Positions 13,762 to 29,159 of a DNA stretch of 64,000 bases are shown piece by piece. Numbering within the stretch: the stretch's first letter is position 1; every line of letters begins with the position of its first letter. The DNA is from Zancudomyces culisetae HAW-14-8 (Eukaryota; Fungi; Kickxellomycota), in contig JBNJNM010000010.1 of NCBI GenBank assembly GCA_052426225.1, forward strand, positions 1,240,001 through 1,304,000. Direction: 5' to 3'. The position numbers were made by a program, and so were the translations under genes. Under the pieces are notes generated by a model. It was not told where the DNA came from and ran no database searches. It saw only the letters and a program-made list of their open reading frames with translations.

Positions 13762-15080
13762 GTTTTTTTCAGCTCTTACCTTTAATCTATTTACTATAGT
13801 TGGACATAAGTTGGTATTTATACTACATCAACCTCCTTGACTCAGTACCCCATATATTATTGGAATGCATTTTTATATGCAAAAAGATTTGTAAGGCTGA
13901 ATTAACACACTTTGGGAATGTTGGCAAATTATGATGTATAAGAGCACATTGTTGTTAATTAAAAGCACATTTATTACCGTTCACCAACCCCCTCACATTT
14001 TCATGTTCATATTCTCTGATTCTTACGCCTTGCCCATATATGGCTAAGGCTAAGGCTAAGGCTAAGACCAAGACTAAAATTAAATGGAGATAGACCGCCT
14101 GCTTTAAACCACTTGCACTAACCATGTTATAGAAGTTGCTTCACCTTTTAGATACCTAGACTTTTTTAATAAAGCTGCTCGCTTGTACCAGTCCTAATAT
14201 CTGATAAAATACAATCTGATTTTTTTGGGGGAGGCTGTAAAACGAGCTGGCTTCTCTTTTTATACTTACGATGTATTTACAGTAGGTATTTGTAATATTT
14301 AATTACATGTATAAATTAACAATACGAAAAAAAAACCCGTGTATAATGTCATATTTAAAGTTACGTATTCAGTTCAAAAGAGTGATATCTGTACTTTGAT
14401 AAAAAAGCAGGGTTTCTGGTGAGACCAAAAATAAAGGTACACAGTTTTAAATATTGTGTTCCGCTATTTCTATCTATGGTTGTGCCGGCTATAGTAGTAT
14501 GCTTTTCATTATACCTGTAACAAAGAATGAACGCAGAAAAAATAAGACATTTTGTGAACATACGGGGCAAGTGTATAACCTGTTGTAGCAAAAAACCGCA
14601 TTCAAACCTTTTGTATTTGATTTGAGGTTGACACCGATGGCAATAGTTTTAGATACGGTGTGTTTGATGCAATTCTACAGCTATGAGGTCGTTTATGCTA
14701 CTCGGTATTGTTACGTTTGTAGAATTAAAAAAGGATTGAGGATGAGAAAAGGTTTTCAATGTCGAGGTTGAAGAAATTTTTCTTTTTATTGAATCACGCT
14801 TACCTGTTTCCTTTCTTTACTTTTTTTTCGTGTTGTGATGTCGTATGTTTGTATCATTTATCTCATTCAGTGCAGAAATACGATAAAAATACCAACATTA
14901 AATAATAAAAACACTCATTTAAAACACATATGTTGATGTTATTGAAATATAAAAAACATTTTAAGACATTTGCAAAACTTAGACTGACAATGTGTTACTC
15001 TATTCAAGACATTGCATAAAAGTATAATTGCGTTGATAGAATCATTGCGTGGTTTTGCTTGTTTGTAAGTAATTCAAAGG

Positions 15081-15110
15081 ACACTACACTACACTACACT
15101 ACACTACACT
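15081..15110. repeat. (ACACT)6 microsatellite
   Basis: Six tandem ACACT units. Confidence 0.9.
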
Positions 15111-15765
15111 ATATAATAATAACCATAAGTTCAAGTATTCGGGAAGTGGTTACTTTTTGATTATTCTCACAGTAGAAAATGTAATACATGTACGACTACA
15201 CTACAGCTGTAACCACCGCGTAAAGTTATGTGATAAATAGTGTGTGTTAACCAAGCGCTTTTTCAAAAAGGAAAAAAATACAGTTAGGTTTCTACTTGGA
15301 AGCTGCACTGCAAGAACATGTACAGAACTAGTAAAATCAGAAAAGCGACACGGACACAAGTATCAAAGTTGAAATTACTTTTTAAATATTCTAAGGGTAG
15401 TATACTGCTCATTATTTAACCCTTCTAATATATAAGGACTCCATGACTAGTCTTATATTTATCCAAATCTTCCTTTAATCTTTATATAAGAATGATCACA
15501 CCACATCATATTAGCTTGTAGTATTATATTCGATCGTTGTAAAAATGTTGTGGTAAAAGCTATAAAACTGTAAAAAAAAATACATTCCTGCCAACACAAG
15601 CGGTTGGTATTCTAGTCTAGTATAGATCAAGGCGCTTCCGCAAAAAAAATATATAAAAATGTTGTGATGCCAAAAAAGAATCCTTTTAGGGGATATTCAG
15701 GCACGTTTTTAAGCACCAAAAGATCCAAAGTACATGGAGGTGATTAAAATTTGGTAGTTTTCCTA

Positions 15766-17077
15766 TTAGTCGCGAAGAGCTTCATATTCAACCTCTTCGA
15801 ATGTGTGAAGTTTTTTCGACTTTTCTATTTCCTTCTCAACAAGGAAGTAGAAAAAGATAAACGTAAAGAACCCAAAAGCAGATGATAAACCCAAAAGAAC
15901 AAAGTTTGCTACAGGAATTTCACGAGGCTTTGGATTACCTGGTTGGCCGGTGGAAGGGTCTACGAGTGTTTCATCACTAATGAAGATGGCAGTGATGTTC
16001 TTTAGGGTAGAACCAATGTATATATGAAGCAGCACCTTTAAAAGCGAAATCATCGTAGCAAGAACGAAGTGGAACAGAGAAATATTCAATGAACTAAGAA
16101 CCAGATTAACCATGTTAAATGGATACGGTGCCAGTCTTATTAGCAAGATATACTATTCGGTTATTGTATATCGTGATAGAGTTTTAGCTAATAACATTTT
16201 ACCTTTTTTTTGTAGATAGAAGTGCAATGTTTGGTGCGAAAAATAAGTTAATTGAGAGTATATTTAAAAATTACCTTAAAGCCCTTTTTCTCGACAATTC
16301 GTGCAAAAGTAACTAGTTTTTTGCTAGAGCTCATCAAGTAGTTAATGTATTTTTTACTGATTTTTCTTCCCAAAAGAAAGCAGCAAGTTGATCCGATAAC
16401 TGCACCCAGAAATACGGGAATAAACCCGTGAGGGAAACCAAACACAAACCCAGAAAACGTAATGGCATTTCCGTACCCAAAAGTCGGCGGGAAGCACAAA
16501 GCAAACATTATTAGTGTATATAATACATATCCCCTATAATAATTATATAATTTAATACATAGGTGAATAAAAGAAGATAATCGTTTCAATATATATCATA
16601 TTCTTATATCATATTTTTTTGTGTAGCAAATCAGCAAATTTACCATGTAGAAGCATTCTTAAACCATACAGCTAATACAGTTGCAGCCTTGGCTATTTCA
16701 ACTCTATACGCGTATAATGTTATAAATCCAATAAGCATGGCTACACCAAATGAGACGAGTGGTAACCATTTCCAGTGGTACCCTGGAGCACCCTTTATAA
16801 AACCCGAAAATTTCAGTAGTGATTTTAGTCGCCAATATCCCCTTTCTTGATGCGTATCTATTCGAGGTGAGACAGAAAAACTTTCTTCTTCCGAAAGAAA
16901 GCTATTCGCAAGGCCTAATTCTTCAAGCTCCGCTTGATACATGTCATCAACTCCCAGTCTTTGTGCGTTCATGGTCCGAATACTTGGTCCAAGCTCAATG
17001 TACACATCGTTGTTATCTAGTGCTCTGTGTTTTAGTAGTGCCATATCTGAATGAACCTGAGGCGATAAACGTTGCAT
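15766..17077 (-). CDS. TVP38: TVP38/TMEM64 (SNARE-associated, DedA/VTT domain) membrane protein, 3 exons
   Basis: CFPP.FGY, GFVFG..GF, GAVIGSTCCFLLGR, KGFK/LLIRLAPYPFN motifs and hydrophobic segments. Confidence 0.85.
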
Positions 17078-18770
17078 TATGAATTTCCAGTGTTGAAGAA
17101 ATAGCCGAGTTTGTTTTATGGCAAAATAAATGATTTAATTGTGTGTGGTGTTAGATTAAACTTTACTTTCAAAAGAGTTTAGGAAAACCGAACAAAGAAA
17201 AATAAATTACAGATATTTCCCATTAATGAATGGTCACGGCCTAGGCATTTTCTTTAATATTTGTAATACTTGTTGTAATAGCAGTTCTGGCTCAAAGAAT
17301 GCACAATTTTAATTGGAGGGTAAAATGCTGTGCTTTGATAAAAATTTGTTGGTGATTGGCAAAATTCCCTCAACTTTTTATTTTTGATCAAAAGTGCATT
17401 TCCCCATTTTGCTAAATGAGAACAGAATTTCCAGAATTTACCCCAGTGGCTAATTCTTAAATAGGCGACAGCAAGGTTTTGCTTGTAGGTACAGAAAGGG
17501 GTAAGAACAGGCGGGGAGGATGTAAAAACTAAGTGATATGTGTGTAGGTCATTGGGGACTAGATGGATGGTGGATGCCATATAAACACTGAATATGCCGA
17601 CTAGAGTTGCTCTGAGTATAATTTGCTCTTTTTTTTGAAGGTAGGTATTTCAAAATACCAGCTAAGGCTCATTTGTGAGGAGGGGTGGGGGAGGAGAGTT
17701 GCACGACGTTACTGTTTTCTTATGCTGCATCTGAATACTGTTTTTCATCCCTAACTGAGATAAATAGTACATATTTGCATTAGGTTGCATATATTTGTTT
17801 CCTCTATTACAAACTCGCCAATATAATATCATAGTGGGTAAAGGACGCATACTACAAAGAAGCAATAAAAAAAAATTCCAGTAAGGAATAGTACTAGCAA
17901 TATTGGGTATCATAATTCACCCTTTTATGTTCGATTGGTAGCTCCACTTTCGGCTTTGCTGGCAAAATATTTTATGCCACAAGCACAAGTGCTCTAACGG
18001 TAATGGAAATGGAATAGAAATCATGACAGAAATGTGGAGAAAATAAATGAACACCCCTCCCCAACATTTCACAATCCTCAAATCTCGCCTAAAAGCCTAG
18101 CCTCTAGCTGGGCAAGAAAAGAGTACCTTCCTCCCCCCCTCCAAAGTTTGCTACAGATTCATGTCTACAACCACAATTAACTGACCTCTCTCCTTTATTT
18201 AAATAGTATACACTAAAGCAAAACATCAACTGTCATAAAGTATACTGGGTACTGTCGTAAACTAACCAAGTACTTGTAAACATTCCTGCTCAAGCTCTTC
18301 AAATATCGTCTTCTAGCATAAAAAGAGCCAACTACACTATAGATGTAGAAATAAGCATGAGTGCTTTTGCTGCAAAGTCCACTGGATGAATAGCATAACG
18401 CATAGTAATAGGTACACAAACATCGTAGTTGCCCCATAGATCACAACTTTCATCTCAAAAGAATGCACTTGTGATGTTTGTTCAGGCAACTGTAACAGTT
18501 ATTTTCTCAAATTCCTAATGCAATTTTTTTTTGCTTCAGTTTTTAATTTTGTTGCTATTCTCTGTTGTCATTTGGTAATACTATTAACTTTTTCAGTCTT
18601 GTGATAATGTTTATTTTCAAATGAAATTGCAAGAATAATGTGTTTTTAGAGGATTAATATTCCCGGAAAAAAGAGCAAAAAAAAAACTATATTTTTTCTA
18701 AGAATCTTAAAACTAAATAAACCAGTGGAGTAGGCAAAAATCACACGCTATATTTTGGTATATACAGAGG

Positions 18771-19748
18771 ATGGAGAAACAACTTAAGCAAATACAAGTC
18801 GGCTTACGGTTTCCAGAGGGAAAATCCCTGACAGTTGGTGTCAATCTAGATACTAAATACGCTGAGTTGGTGGAGATGATTGAGGACAGGATGAATATCA
18901 AAAGAAGTCAATTCTTTGAATTATTTAGAATGCAAACCTTAGGAGGTCTTGAGCTGGCGTCGAAAAACAGCCTGCATAAAACGGTTTTCGAACATGAACA
19001 AGATGGATTTTTTGAAATCAACATAAAAATGCTGGTGGTTGGTGGTAAAGGTGGTTTTGGGAGTATGCTGAGAGCCCAGGGCGGAAAAATGTCGTCTGCA
19101 CAGACAAGCAATTTTGACAGTTGTAGAGACCTGACAGGAAGGCGATTGATCGTTGTAAGAGCAGCAAAAAGGTACAAGATATTTTAACTACTACCTTTTA
19201 AATTAATATATATTTTTTCTACAACCTAATCTTGGGCCTGTAAACACCAATAGTCTTGCACAGAGCGCAGAACTTGCTAAAAAGGAAGAAAATAGCATAA
19301 GAGAGAAAAGAAAGAAAAAGATAGAAAAGGCACTGATTGATCCAGCTCCCAAAAAGGTCAAGTTCGACTATGATGAATTTGGAAAGCAGAAAGAGAATAT
19401 TACTAGGCGAACCCGCGAGCTAACTAAGAAAGGTAACTCACACACGCTTTTTTTCTTGTATAGGTATAATTCTAGTCTGCTTTATTCAGGCAAATTGTGA
19501 AATTTCCAAGCATTTCCAGCTCCAACCCAAACTAAATTTATTCTTCTAAATATTTAGCGTTGACAGCATCAACTACAGACTCAGCTAAAGACGGGGGAAA
19601 CGCAGAAAGCAGTGGTGGTGAGTCAGGGAGGTCTAATGTTGGTGTAGATCCTACTGGTCGAGTTCCGGCGCTCTCTTTGTTTGGTGATGATTTAGAAGGG
19701 ATATCCGATTGCTCAAGTGGTTCGGATAGTGAAGGTTCTGAAGACTAG
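18771..19748 (+). CDS. SDE2: SDE2 ubiquitin-fold splicing/replication-stress factor, 3 exons
   Basis: UBL-like N-terminus followed by GG|KGGFGSMLRAQG and NFDSCRDLTGRRL. Confidence 0.9.
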
Positions 19749-20633
19749 AAAAGCAACTATTAATATTTTCATAAAATTTTCTTTTCTTTTCCCGGGTAAT
19801 AGAGGAAGGGGGGGGCAAACGTGCCTTTTCGTCCGAGCTGCTGTAACATTATTGCATTCAGTGGCGTAATTTTATCTGAATCTTGGCCATTTGTACATGC
19901 ATTCTCATTTTGGTTGGTTGGAGTTTGAAAAAGCTTACTTAGAATTTTGATATGAATTGACATCGAGTGAATAGTGAATAAATGTTTTATATGTTAGAAT
20001 AAAAATGTATTATATGCTAGAGACAAATATATTGATCTGGGGCGTTCTTGCAGTCCGTTCATTAATAGTTGCAAGTGACCATCTTCACTATTGGAATGGT
20101 AAAAAGAAAAGAATAACTAAAGGTAGTTAATATGATGAGATTTTTCTTCCCAAATCATGGTATATTCAGTACATCGCAATGCGAACATAATCTTTTACAT
20201 ATAAGAAAATATAATATTGATAACGTATGATCAGTAAGCAGTTTTAAAATCTTACTCTACTAGTATTTGGATAAATTGGGTGTATGGTGTACTTGGTGAT
20301 AAAATATTTATTATGGACACCTCGGAGCTAGCAAGAATTTCCCTTTTCGTTTTGAAGTTGTTTATTAACCAATCCTTAGTTATCAGGCCAGCTAATTTCC
20401 CACTACCAAAGATGAGCACTAAAAGCATCGGTGGTGGCAAATCAAATAAAATCAAAATGTCGATTTTTAGTAGATTAACTTGTTTCATCGTTACCAGGAT
20501 GTTGTGAGAACGAATGTGATCACAAGAACAAGTAAACAGGGCAAAATATAGCTCAACATATAATTTAAACTGAGGTTAAAGCATCAGTCCAAACTATTTT
20601 AGCCTTAAAAAAAAATTATTCAAAGTAAATAGC

Positions 20634-21251
20634 ATGGACACTACAGAATGGGATAAAATGTTGACTGGTGAGTATTACAGTACCTCCGATCCCTATGTTA
20701 CCAGAGCACGAAAAGAAACCAAACTTCGTATTGCCCAGCTCCAGTCATCCGGCTACGATGAAAAATCACAAATGGACGCCAAAAGAAGGCTACTGGGTAC
20801 TGCGCATGATGACACATATATCGGCGGAAATATACACTTTGCCTATGGAGTAAACATACACGTAGGCAAAAGATTCCGTGCAGGCTCCAACCTTGTTATA
20901 CTGGACTGTGCTCGTGTCGATATTGGCGATAATGTGATATGTGGGTGTGCAGTACAAATTTATACGACTACATATCCACAGGATCCGGATATGCGTAAAG
21001 CCGGACTTGAGCGTGCAAGACCCGTTAAGATAGGGAACAATGTATGGATTGGTGCAGGTACTGTCATCCTCCCGGGAATTACTATTGGAAATGACGTTGT
21101 GATTGAACCTGGTGCTGTTGTGATGGAAGATGTGTCTGATGGTTCTATTATTGGTGGTAATCCTGCTGGATCTATTGAGAATGTCAACAATATACTTTTG
21201 AGCGTAGTGGAAGGGATGAGAAGAAAAAACCAAGATGTAATACAATTTTGA
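20634..21251 (+). CDS. Maltose/galactoside O-acetyltransferase-like hexapeptide-repeat protein (intronless)
   Basis: EWDKMLTGEYY, YGVNIHVG, ILDCARVDIGDNV, PVKIGNNVWIG..TVILPGITIG, GGNPA. Confidence 0.88.
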   Translation: MDTTEWDKMLTGEYYSTSDPYVTRARKETKLRIAQLQSSGYDEKSQMDAKRRLLGTAHDDTYIGGNIHFAYGVNIHVGKRFRAGSNLVILDCARVDIGDNVICGCAVQIYTTTYPQDPDMRKAGLERARPVKIGNNVWIGAGTVILPGITIGNDVVIEPGAVVMEDVSDGSIIGGNPAGSIENVNNILLSVVEGMRRKNQDVIQF

Positions 21252-21712
21252 GAAAGCAACGTGCTTCTTTGATCGGCAGATGGTTTGGTGGTGGATAAGA
21301 GTGAAGACGAATATAGCGCATTTTAAAAAAAGTGTTAACCGAGACTATATGCTTTTAAACTTTTGGTATTTATTTTAGTCTTTTCTTTTAGTTTTGGTTT
21401 TAAAATACTGCTTTTTACTTGCAGTTCCAGTAGTAGAACATTTGCTTTAGTCTATACTTTAAATTAATTTAGCTAATGAAAACAAATAGCGTGAAAATGT
21501 AAAAATATTAAAATTATAATTAAATGCTAAAATAAAAAAAAATAAAAAATATTCCCAATTATTGCTTGTTCTTTTGCGTTAATTTCAATTTAATTACCGC
21601 AACTTTATCTAACAGGTCAAGGAGGTAAAAAACACATTTAATGTATCCTTCTTTTACACAAGCACATATACGCGAAAATCACATTTAGGTTTAACTGAAA
21701 ATTGAAAACATT

Positions 21713-23642
21713 ATGAGTGTTGTTGAAATAAAAAGCAAAGCCGAATTTCTAAGCTATTTGGCACAATCCAAAAGCAAACCAGTAAGTCACTTATAAATAT
21801 TAACAAAGTGGCATGTGTTGAAATTTGTTTTGTTTTTCTTTGCGATTATAACTCGAAATTAATCATTATATAACTTGACAATTCATTAAGCTTGCCGTAA
21901 AGTTTACCGCAACTTGTAAGTAGGAAAAAGAAAGTAAGATTATATCTCGGTCTCGATATTTACTTCATAGCTCACTAATATTGCTGGAAATATATGACTT
22001 AGGGTGCCCCCCGTGTAAGATGATTGCGCCATATTTTGCCAAACTTTCGGAGCAATACCCAGAAGTTCTTTTTGTTGAGGTATTAAATTTTTTTTCTGCT
22101 ATGTATACAATACTCATTCGATCAAACCTTCTGGGTTTCCTGGAGTGAGCGGATCAAGGTTAAAATTTTCAAAATTAAACTTAACAGAATAAATTATAGG
22201 TGGATGTAGACCAGCAAAAGGTATAGAGATCAGGATATAAGTATTTAATCACCGAGTCTGATTATAAACCGATAGTATTCTTCTAATAATGTTATAGGAA
22301 ATCTCAAGCTCATGTGGAATTCGGTCAATGTAACAGAATATCCTATTTATTTCGAATTTACAACATACTTTTATGTGCATATACTAATATAAGAATATGA
22401 AAATAAACTTGATGTAACTGACATCCTGCTATTAGGCCAACTTTTCAGGTATTTTTTTATATTCAATTTTTTTTTATACTATCTACTTTTTAAATCATTT
22501 ATTACTGCTCTTGCATCAAACCTTATAACCCCATATATGAGTTGGTATTCCTCAAAAACCTATATAACTGTACACATCAGTTCAAACATGTACTGAGCAG
22601 TCTACTTTCTGTACTGTAGTTCTATATCAATGGTAAAAAAGCATCTGAATTTTCAGGGGCGGATCCCAGAAAGTTAGAAAGCACAATAAAACAGCTTAAA
22701 ACCAATGTGACAGGAGGTAATTACGTCTAAACACTATCCTCTGAGTCATGACTTTTTATGATGGGGATTTTTTTTATTACTTAGGAGGCAGCTCTACATC
22801 ACAAAAGAACGAATTTGAAGGATGTGTGGGTCATGTAAGTGAATAGTTCTAGTTTTATAATATCCAAATCAACTCTCGTATTTCGTGATAACCCTCCCTG
22901 CCTTCTCCTCCGTTGTTACAGGACTATTTATGTTTTTTTTTGTATCAGTTGATTTCATGTTATTTTCCGATAAAAATTCTGAGTTTATTCTGATAACTTA
23001 GGGTGATTTGAATGAATACATAATCAAGTCTCAAGCAGAGTGTTTGAATAGCACCGAAGAGACCAATGTGGAGTCGATATTCAAGAATGACAATACTCAT
23101 ATAACTAGTGATGTGGACGAACAGCTGGTTTTTCACTTCAAGTTTAGCCAAACGGTGAAATTGTATGCCATTTGTATTAAGGTTCCGAAAGGTACGACTT
23201 TATCCTAGTTTTATCCTCTATTATTGTATTTTTCTCCTAGTTCAACGTGTTTCATTGGCTGGTCGATTCTATTTCGACAGAAAATTGGAAAAAATATTAC
23301 TACATATGAGCAATAAATTTTTACCACTACGTAGGCTTGGAAAATAGTGGGCCAAAAACCGTAAAACTATATGCCAATTTACCGAATGTTGGGTTCGAGG
23401 ATGCAGAATCAGTTGAGCCAACTGACACATTGATCTTTTCAGAAAACGATTACAATGGGAATGGGGCATTGGAAAAGGTCAAGTTTGTCCGGTTCCAAAA
23501 GATTGATTCGTTGTCGGTATTTGTTGAGGATAATGTTGGTGGTAGCGAGGTGACATGTGTCGGACAAATAACGCTTATCGGTACACCCAATGATAAGAGC
23601 GACCTTTCTGCACTCCTTGCATCTAAGAACTCACAACACTAA
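21713..23642 (+). CDS. TXNL1: Thioredoxin-like protein 1 (Trx + PITH domain), 10 exons
   Basis: Spliced LAVKFTATWCPPCKMIAP, VDVD, IRSMPTFQFY; PITH motifs ECLN, TSDVDEQL, GPKTVKLYAN, KFVRFQ, VFVEDN. Confidence 0.88.
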
Positions 23643-23785
23643 AAACTTTATTTTTTTTGTTATCAATTTTTTAAAAAAAAATTATATATCATACATTTCC
23701 ATGTTTGATCTGCTTGATTATCTGAAAAATAAAGTTAATTAATTATAAGAGAAACATGTAATCCTAATTTGGATTCAGAATTTTT

Positions 23786-25159
23786 TCAGGCTCTACTTTT
23801 ATCAATATGCTGCAAAAAACTATTGATGCCCTCCAGAACAGCGTATTTTTCGTCAGGTTCATCAAAGATGAAGAACACATGTATCATCCCAGCGTATTTT
23901 TCATAAATAATCATATTATCAAGAGAATTTCCACCAGTATTAGTCTTGGTTGAGGATGCAAAATCAAACCCAGGATGTGTTCTTCCTTTGATGTAAGTTT
24001 GTTTCACACCATTCTTTGCTGCAAAGGCATCAATGTCATCAATAAGCATTTCTAGCTCTCCTCCTATGACATACATAGGAGCACACCCTGGGAAAGAAAA
24101 ATCGCCATAATTGGGACTTACAAACGGCTGTTTAAACATTTCTCTAACCTTATCAGTTAACGGTTCTCCTGGTGCAACATATAAGCGGGATGAGTTACGA
24201 ACATTATCCATGGGGATGTACGCAAGAAAATCATATTCTACATTTCTTTTCCAAGCCTCTGTTGAAACAGACAGATCTGACCATGGTGAAAAAGAAATAC
24301 ATGCTCTTGGTTGAGCTTCGCCAAGTGCATTCAGCACCAACAATAGCTCCATCACGAGATTTCCGCCTGCACTATCACCAAAAAAGACAATGTTTTCCGG
24401 CTTGTAGCCCAACTTGTGCAAGTACTTTAAAAACATGTATCCATCATAGATTGCCGCTGGAAATGGATGCTCTGGAGCCAATCTATAGTAGGGTAAGATC
24501 ACACGATAATTTGCAATGTTACTCAGCTCTGCCGCCGATGTGCGATAAACCCCTGGAGATTCAATGCAATAGCCACCGCCATGATAATGAACTACTACCA
24601 CTTCGTGTTCATTTAGTGGGTCTAATGACAATGCTTTCTTCTGGTCACCGATAGCTTCAATTATAGTGTCAGAAGCAACAACCTCGGCATAGTGGTGAGC
24701 CCCGGGATTTTCACCATTATTTTCTGCTTTGCGATCCTGATCAATTATACCCGCAAAAATTGGAAGTCTCTGCGCAACTGTATCAATATCACAAATACCT
24801 TCGCTATCATAACTACTGGTACTGTATGGCCAATCATGAACCTCATGCTTGGCTTTTTTATTTGCCTTTTCTATATCTGTCACAAAATGTCTTAGAGTAT
24901 AAAAGGCATTTCCAACCAGTTCAGCATTAAAGTTCTCCTCTGTGATAACTACGGGACTTTTTGATTTTAGCGCTTTGAATTCATACTTGAATCGATCTAC
25001 CGTTATTTGCATTTCTAGTGACCAGTTTGGAACTCTGGGACCGTCTTTTTTATAGGAATGTGTGGATTCACTTCTAAGCTCATCGATTTTGGCCAAGTAG
25101 CTAAGCTGTTCATCCTTGGTCCCGTTTTTGGGGTAGGCAAAACCCAACCAGTCCGTCAT
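23786..25159 (-). CDS. Hormone-sensitive-lipase family alpha/beta hydrolase (esterase), intronless
   Basis: HGGGY oxyanion motif, YRLAPEHPFPAA, GDSAGG nucleophile elbow, GMIHVF. Confidence 0.92.
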   Translation of the reverse strand: MTDWLGFAYPKNGTKDEQLSYLAKIDELRSESTHSYKKDGPRVPNWSLEMQITVDRFKYEFKALKSKSPVVITEENFNAELVGNAFYTLRHFVTDIEKANKKAKHEVHDWPYSTSSYDSEGICDIDTVAQRLPIFAGIIDQDRKAENNGENPGAHHYAEVVASDTIIEAIGDQKKALSLDPLNEHEVVVVHYHGGGYCIESPGVYRTSAAELSNIANYRVILPYYRLAPEHPFPAAIYDGYMFLKYLHKLGYKPENIVFFGDSAGGNLVMELLLVLNALGEAQPRACISFSPWSDLSVSTEAWKRNVEYDFLAYIPMDNVRNSSRLYVAPGEPLTDKVREMFKQPFVSPNYGDFSFPGCAPMYVIGGELEMLIDDIDAFAAKNGVKQTYIKGRTHPGFDFASSTKTNTGGNSLDNMIIYEKYAGMIHVFFIFDEPDEKYAVLEGINSFLQHIDKSRA

Positions 25160-26469
25160 TTTTCTTCAAGTTATGAAAAAGTAATTCGTATTACTGGGAT
25201 ATCTCTGGTTTCGGTAAGTGGCTTTGTGGATTTATATTAATTCCAACTTAAAAGCTACAAAATGAAAAAAAAAGTTAGTATAACCGAATTAAACTGAATT
25301 GATTATTATGAAAAAAAATAGTAGTTATCGCTTGCTTTGCTTAAATATGTTTAATAAATCATTATAAACCCCTTCCCTTTCATCCCCTCCCCCGAAATAC
25401 ATTGTTTCATAAAAAGTCAAAGGGGTGATTAAGGGTTTTAAAGTGAAGTAATGGGGTTTTGTTTTTTTTTTAAACATGTGCATACTGTCAATAATTTTCA
25501 CTGGTTTAGTTTTTAAAACAAGTGAATTGACGAATATTTCGTATTGAAGCTTTTGATATAAACGGCTTGAGCTTTTACATCCTTTATTTTCACAGCTCAT
25601 AAATTTATGACCTAAAAACAATCGGAATTGTCACGTGAAAATTTCAGTATTGATAAATGTCAAATAAAATACTTTGTATGCAACCCATTAATGGTATAAT
25701 GCCAAACAGGTAAATTCACCAGCATGAATAACCTAAATGTTAGATCAAACATGTAAGAATAATAGTACAGAACAATGTATCGGGTAGGGTGTTGTTCCAT
25801 TTTCAGATATTTTTATAGATGTGTAGATAAATAAATTGAAGAAAACTGGATAGGACACTTTTGTGTAGTAAGAAAGTATATTTTACTACGTGTTTTTTCT
25901 CGGGAAAATATCAATCGAAAAAAAAAACTGAAAGATGTAAAACAAACAAAAAAACAAAAAAGGAGCTGAAGAAGGTTAATTTACATGAAGGGTTAAGTTT
26001 ACAAAAGAAATGAGAGATCATCAGCTGAGTAAGAAAGGCAGAAACAAATGAAATTCTTATTATAAAAAAAACTGTGAGGCAAAAAGATGAAGACCTATCT
26101 TGATTATTGATAACTATTTTTAATTTTAATTTTTGTTTCATATATAATATCAAAAGTGCGTTTAACCGTTTAAAATCTATAAAACTACTCACAGCTCAAT
26201 TTCACTTATGTATAAGATGTAGTTTATAAAATTAAGATAACTACGAGATAAGTAAAAGAGGTTGCTACTAGATTTTAGATACTAGATTCTAACAGTGCTA
26301 GTGATTGTTGCAGTATGGAATGGAGGGGAGAGGATAGGTATGGTTAAAAAATCAAACCGATCAAGAAATAAAAAATTAGATAACCTAATTCTAGTTAAAA
26401 CTACATATGTACAGCTATATATTCGTGTATGCTTAAATTTAATATCAAATGTCATCAACTTCAAGACAA

Positions 26470-28200
<1,731 letters not shown>

Positions 28201-28509
28201 GTTATATTCAACTATATTATGTTTCTCAACACGAATATTTTTTGCTTCTTTAAAACACTCAATGAGGTTGTTAGAATTATTTAATGTTATTAAGGAGCTA
28301 TTTTCCTAAAGATACAATTTAAAACTGGATATAAAAATTTTAATAACAAGCAACGGTAGTGTCGAGTGTTCTGGGTATAAGATCTAGAAAATCCAATTAC
28401 TTTAGAAAGATAAAGAATTTAAAGGGAATTATAAAAATGAAAATGATGAAATTCGTTTTAACTATTATTTCAACAAACAAAAACATGAATTAAATTTCTG
28501 ATCACAAAA

Positions 28510-29147
28510 TGTCGGAAATATTATTATCAAAATTTCAAAAGAAAAATCATAAAATGAAAAAACACCATAAATGAATTTAATAATATTAGTATATATCAAC
28601 TATCATAAGAGTAAAAACATGAGAATGGAAAATGCGACCAAATATGGATGAAGAAAAAAAAAAAATTAACCAAATTAAGCAGGATAAGCAAATAGGTTCA
28701 TAGTGAAAATTAATAAATATTATATATATATACAAAGGAAGGCTCATGGAGGATTCCTTAGCTCTTTTAGTAGTTTAAAACGTATTAGTAATATCAGGAA
28801 ATAAAGACATTGAACAAAAAGATTTTTGTTTAGTACAACTTTATATAAAAGTCATATAATAACATAATAGTGCTTCGGCTAAAAGTTTAAAATAGTAAAT
28901 AGTAAAAGTTTAAAATTACTAAAATCACAAGTCAGGTCTCATGCAGCAACTCAGATCAGCTATAATTCAGCAATTCAAGAATGAGGGTCGTTACCCTTCC
29001 GACAGTGATAAGTCTGAAGTTACTTCTATGAAGTTAGATAGACAGAGTCACGTGATCCATTTGACTTTGTTGGTGCTATTGTTAATCATCATATATGAGT
29101 ATGGGAAACCCATCCGAGGAGTATGGCCACCCCAGACACGTCCGACA
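28510..29147 (+). mobile_element. LTR-like unit, family B, carrying a frameshifted small ORF
   Basis: TGTCGGA...TCCGACA termini. Shares the TATA tract, GAGGATTCCT.AGCTCTTTT, AATAGTGCT.CGGCTA and the EGRY.SDSD.S..TSM ORF with 41701-42427. No clean TSD. Confidence 0.6.
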
Positions 29148-29159
29148 ATGTATATATGA

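Noticed and set aside
14042-14065. (GGCTAA)4 as a telomere-like repeat
   Set aside because: Only four internal copies; an ordinary microsatellite.
17254-18437. Short minus-strand ORFs between TVP38 and SDE2
   Set aside because: No motifs or coherent splice pattern; treated as intergenic.
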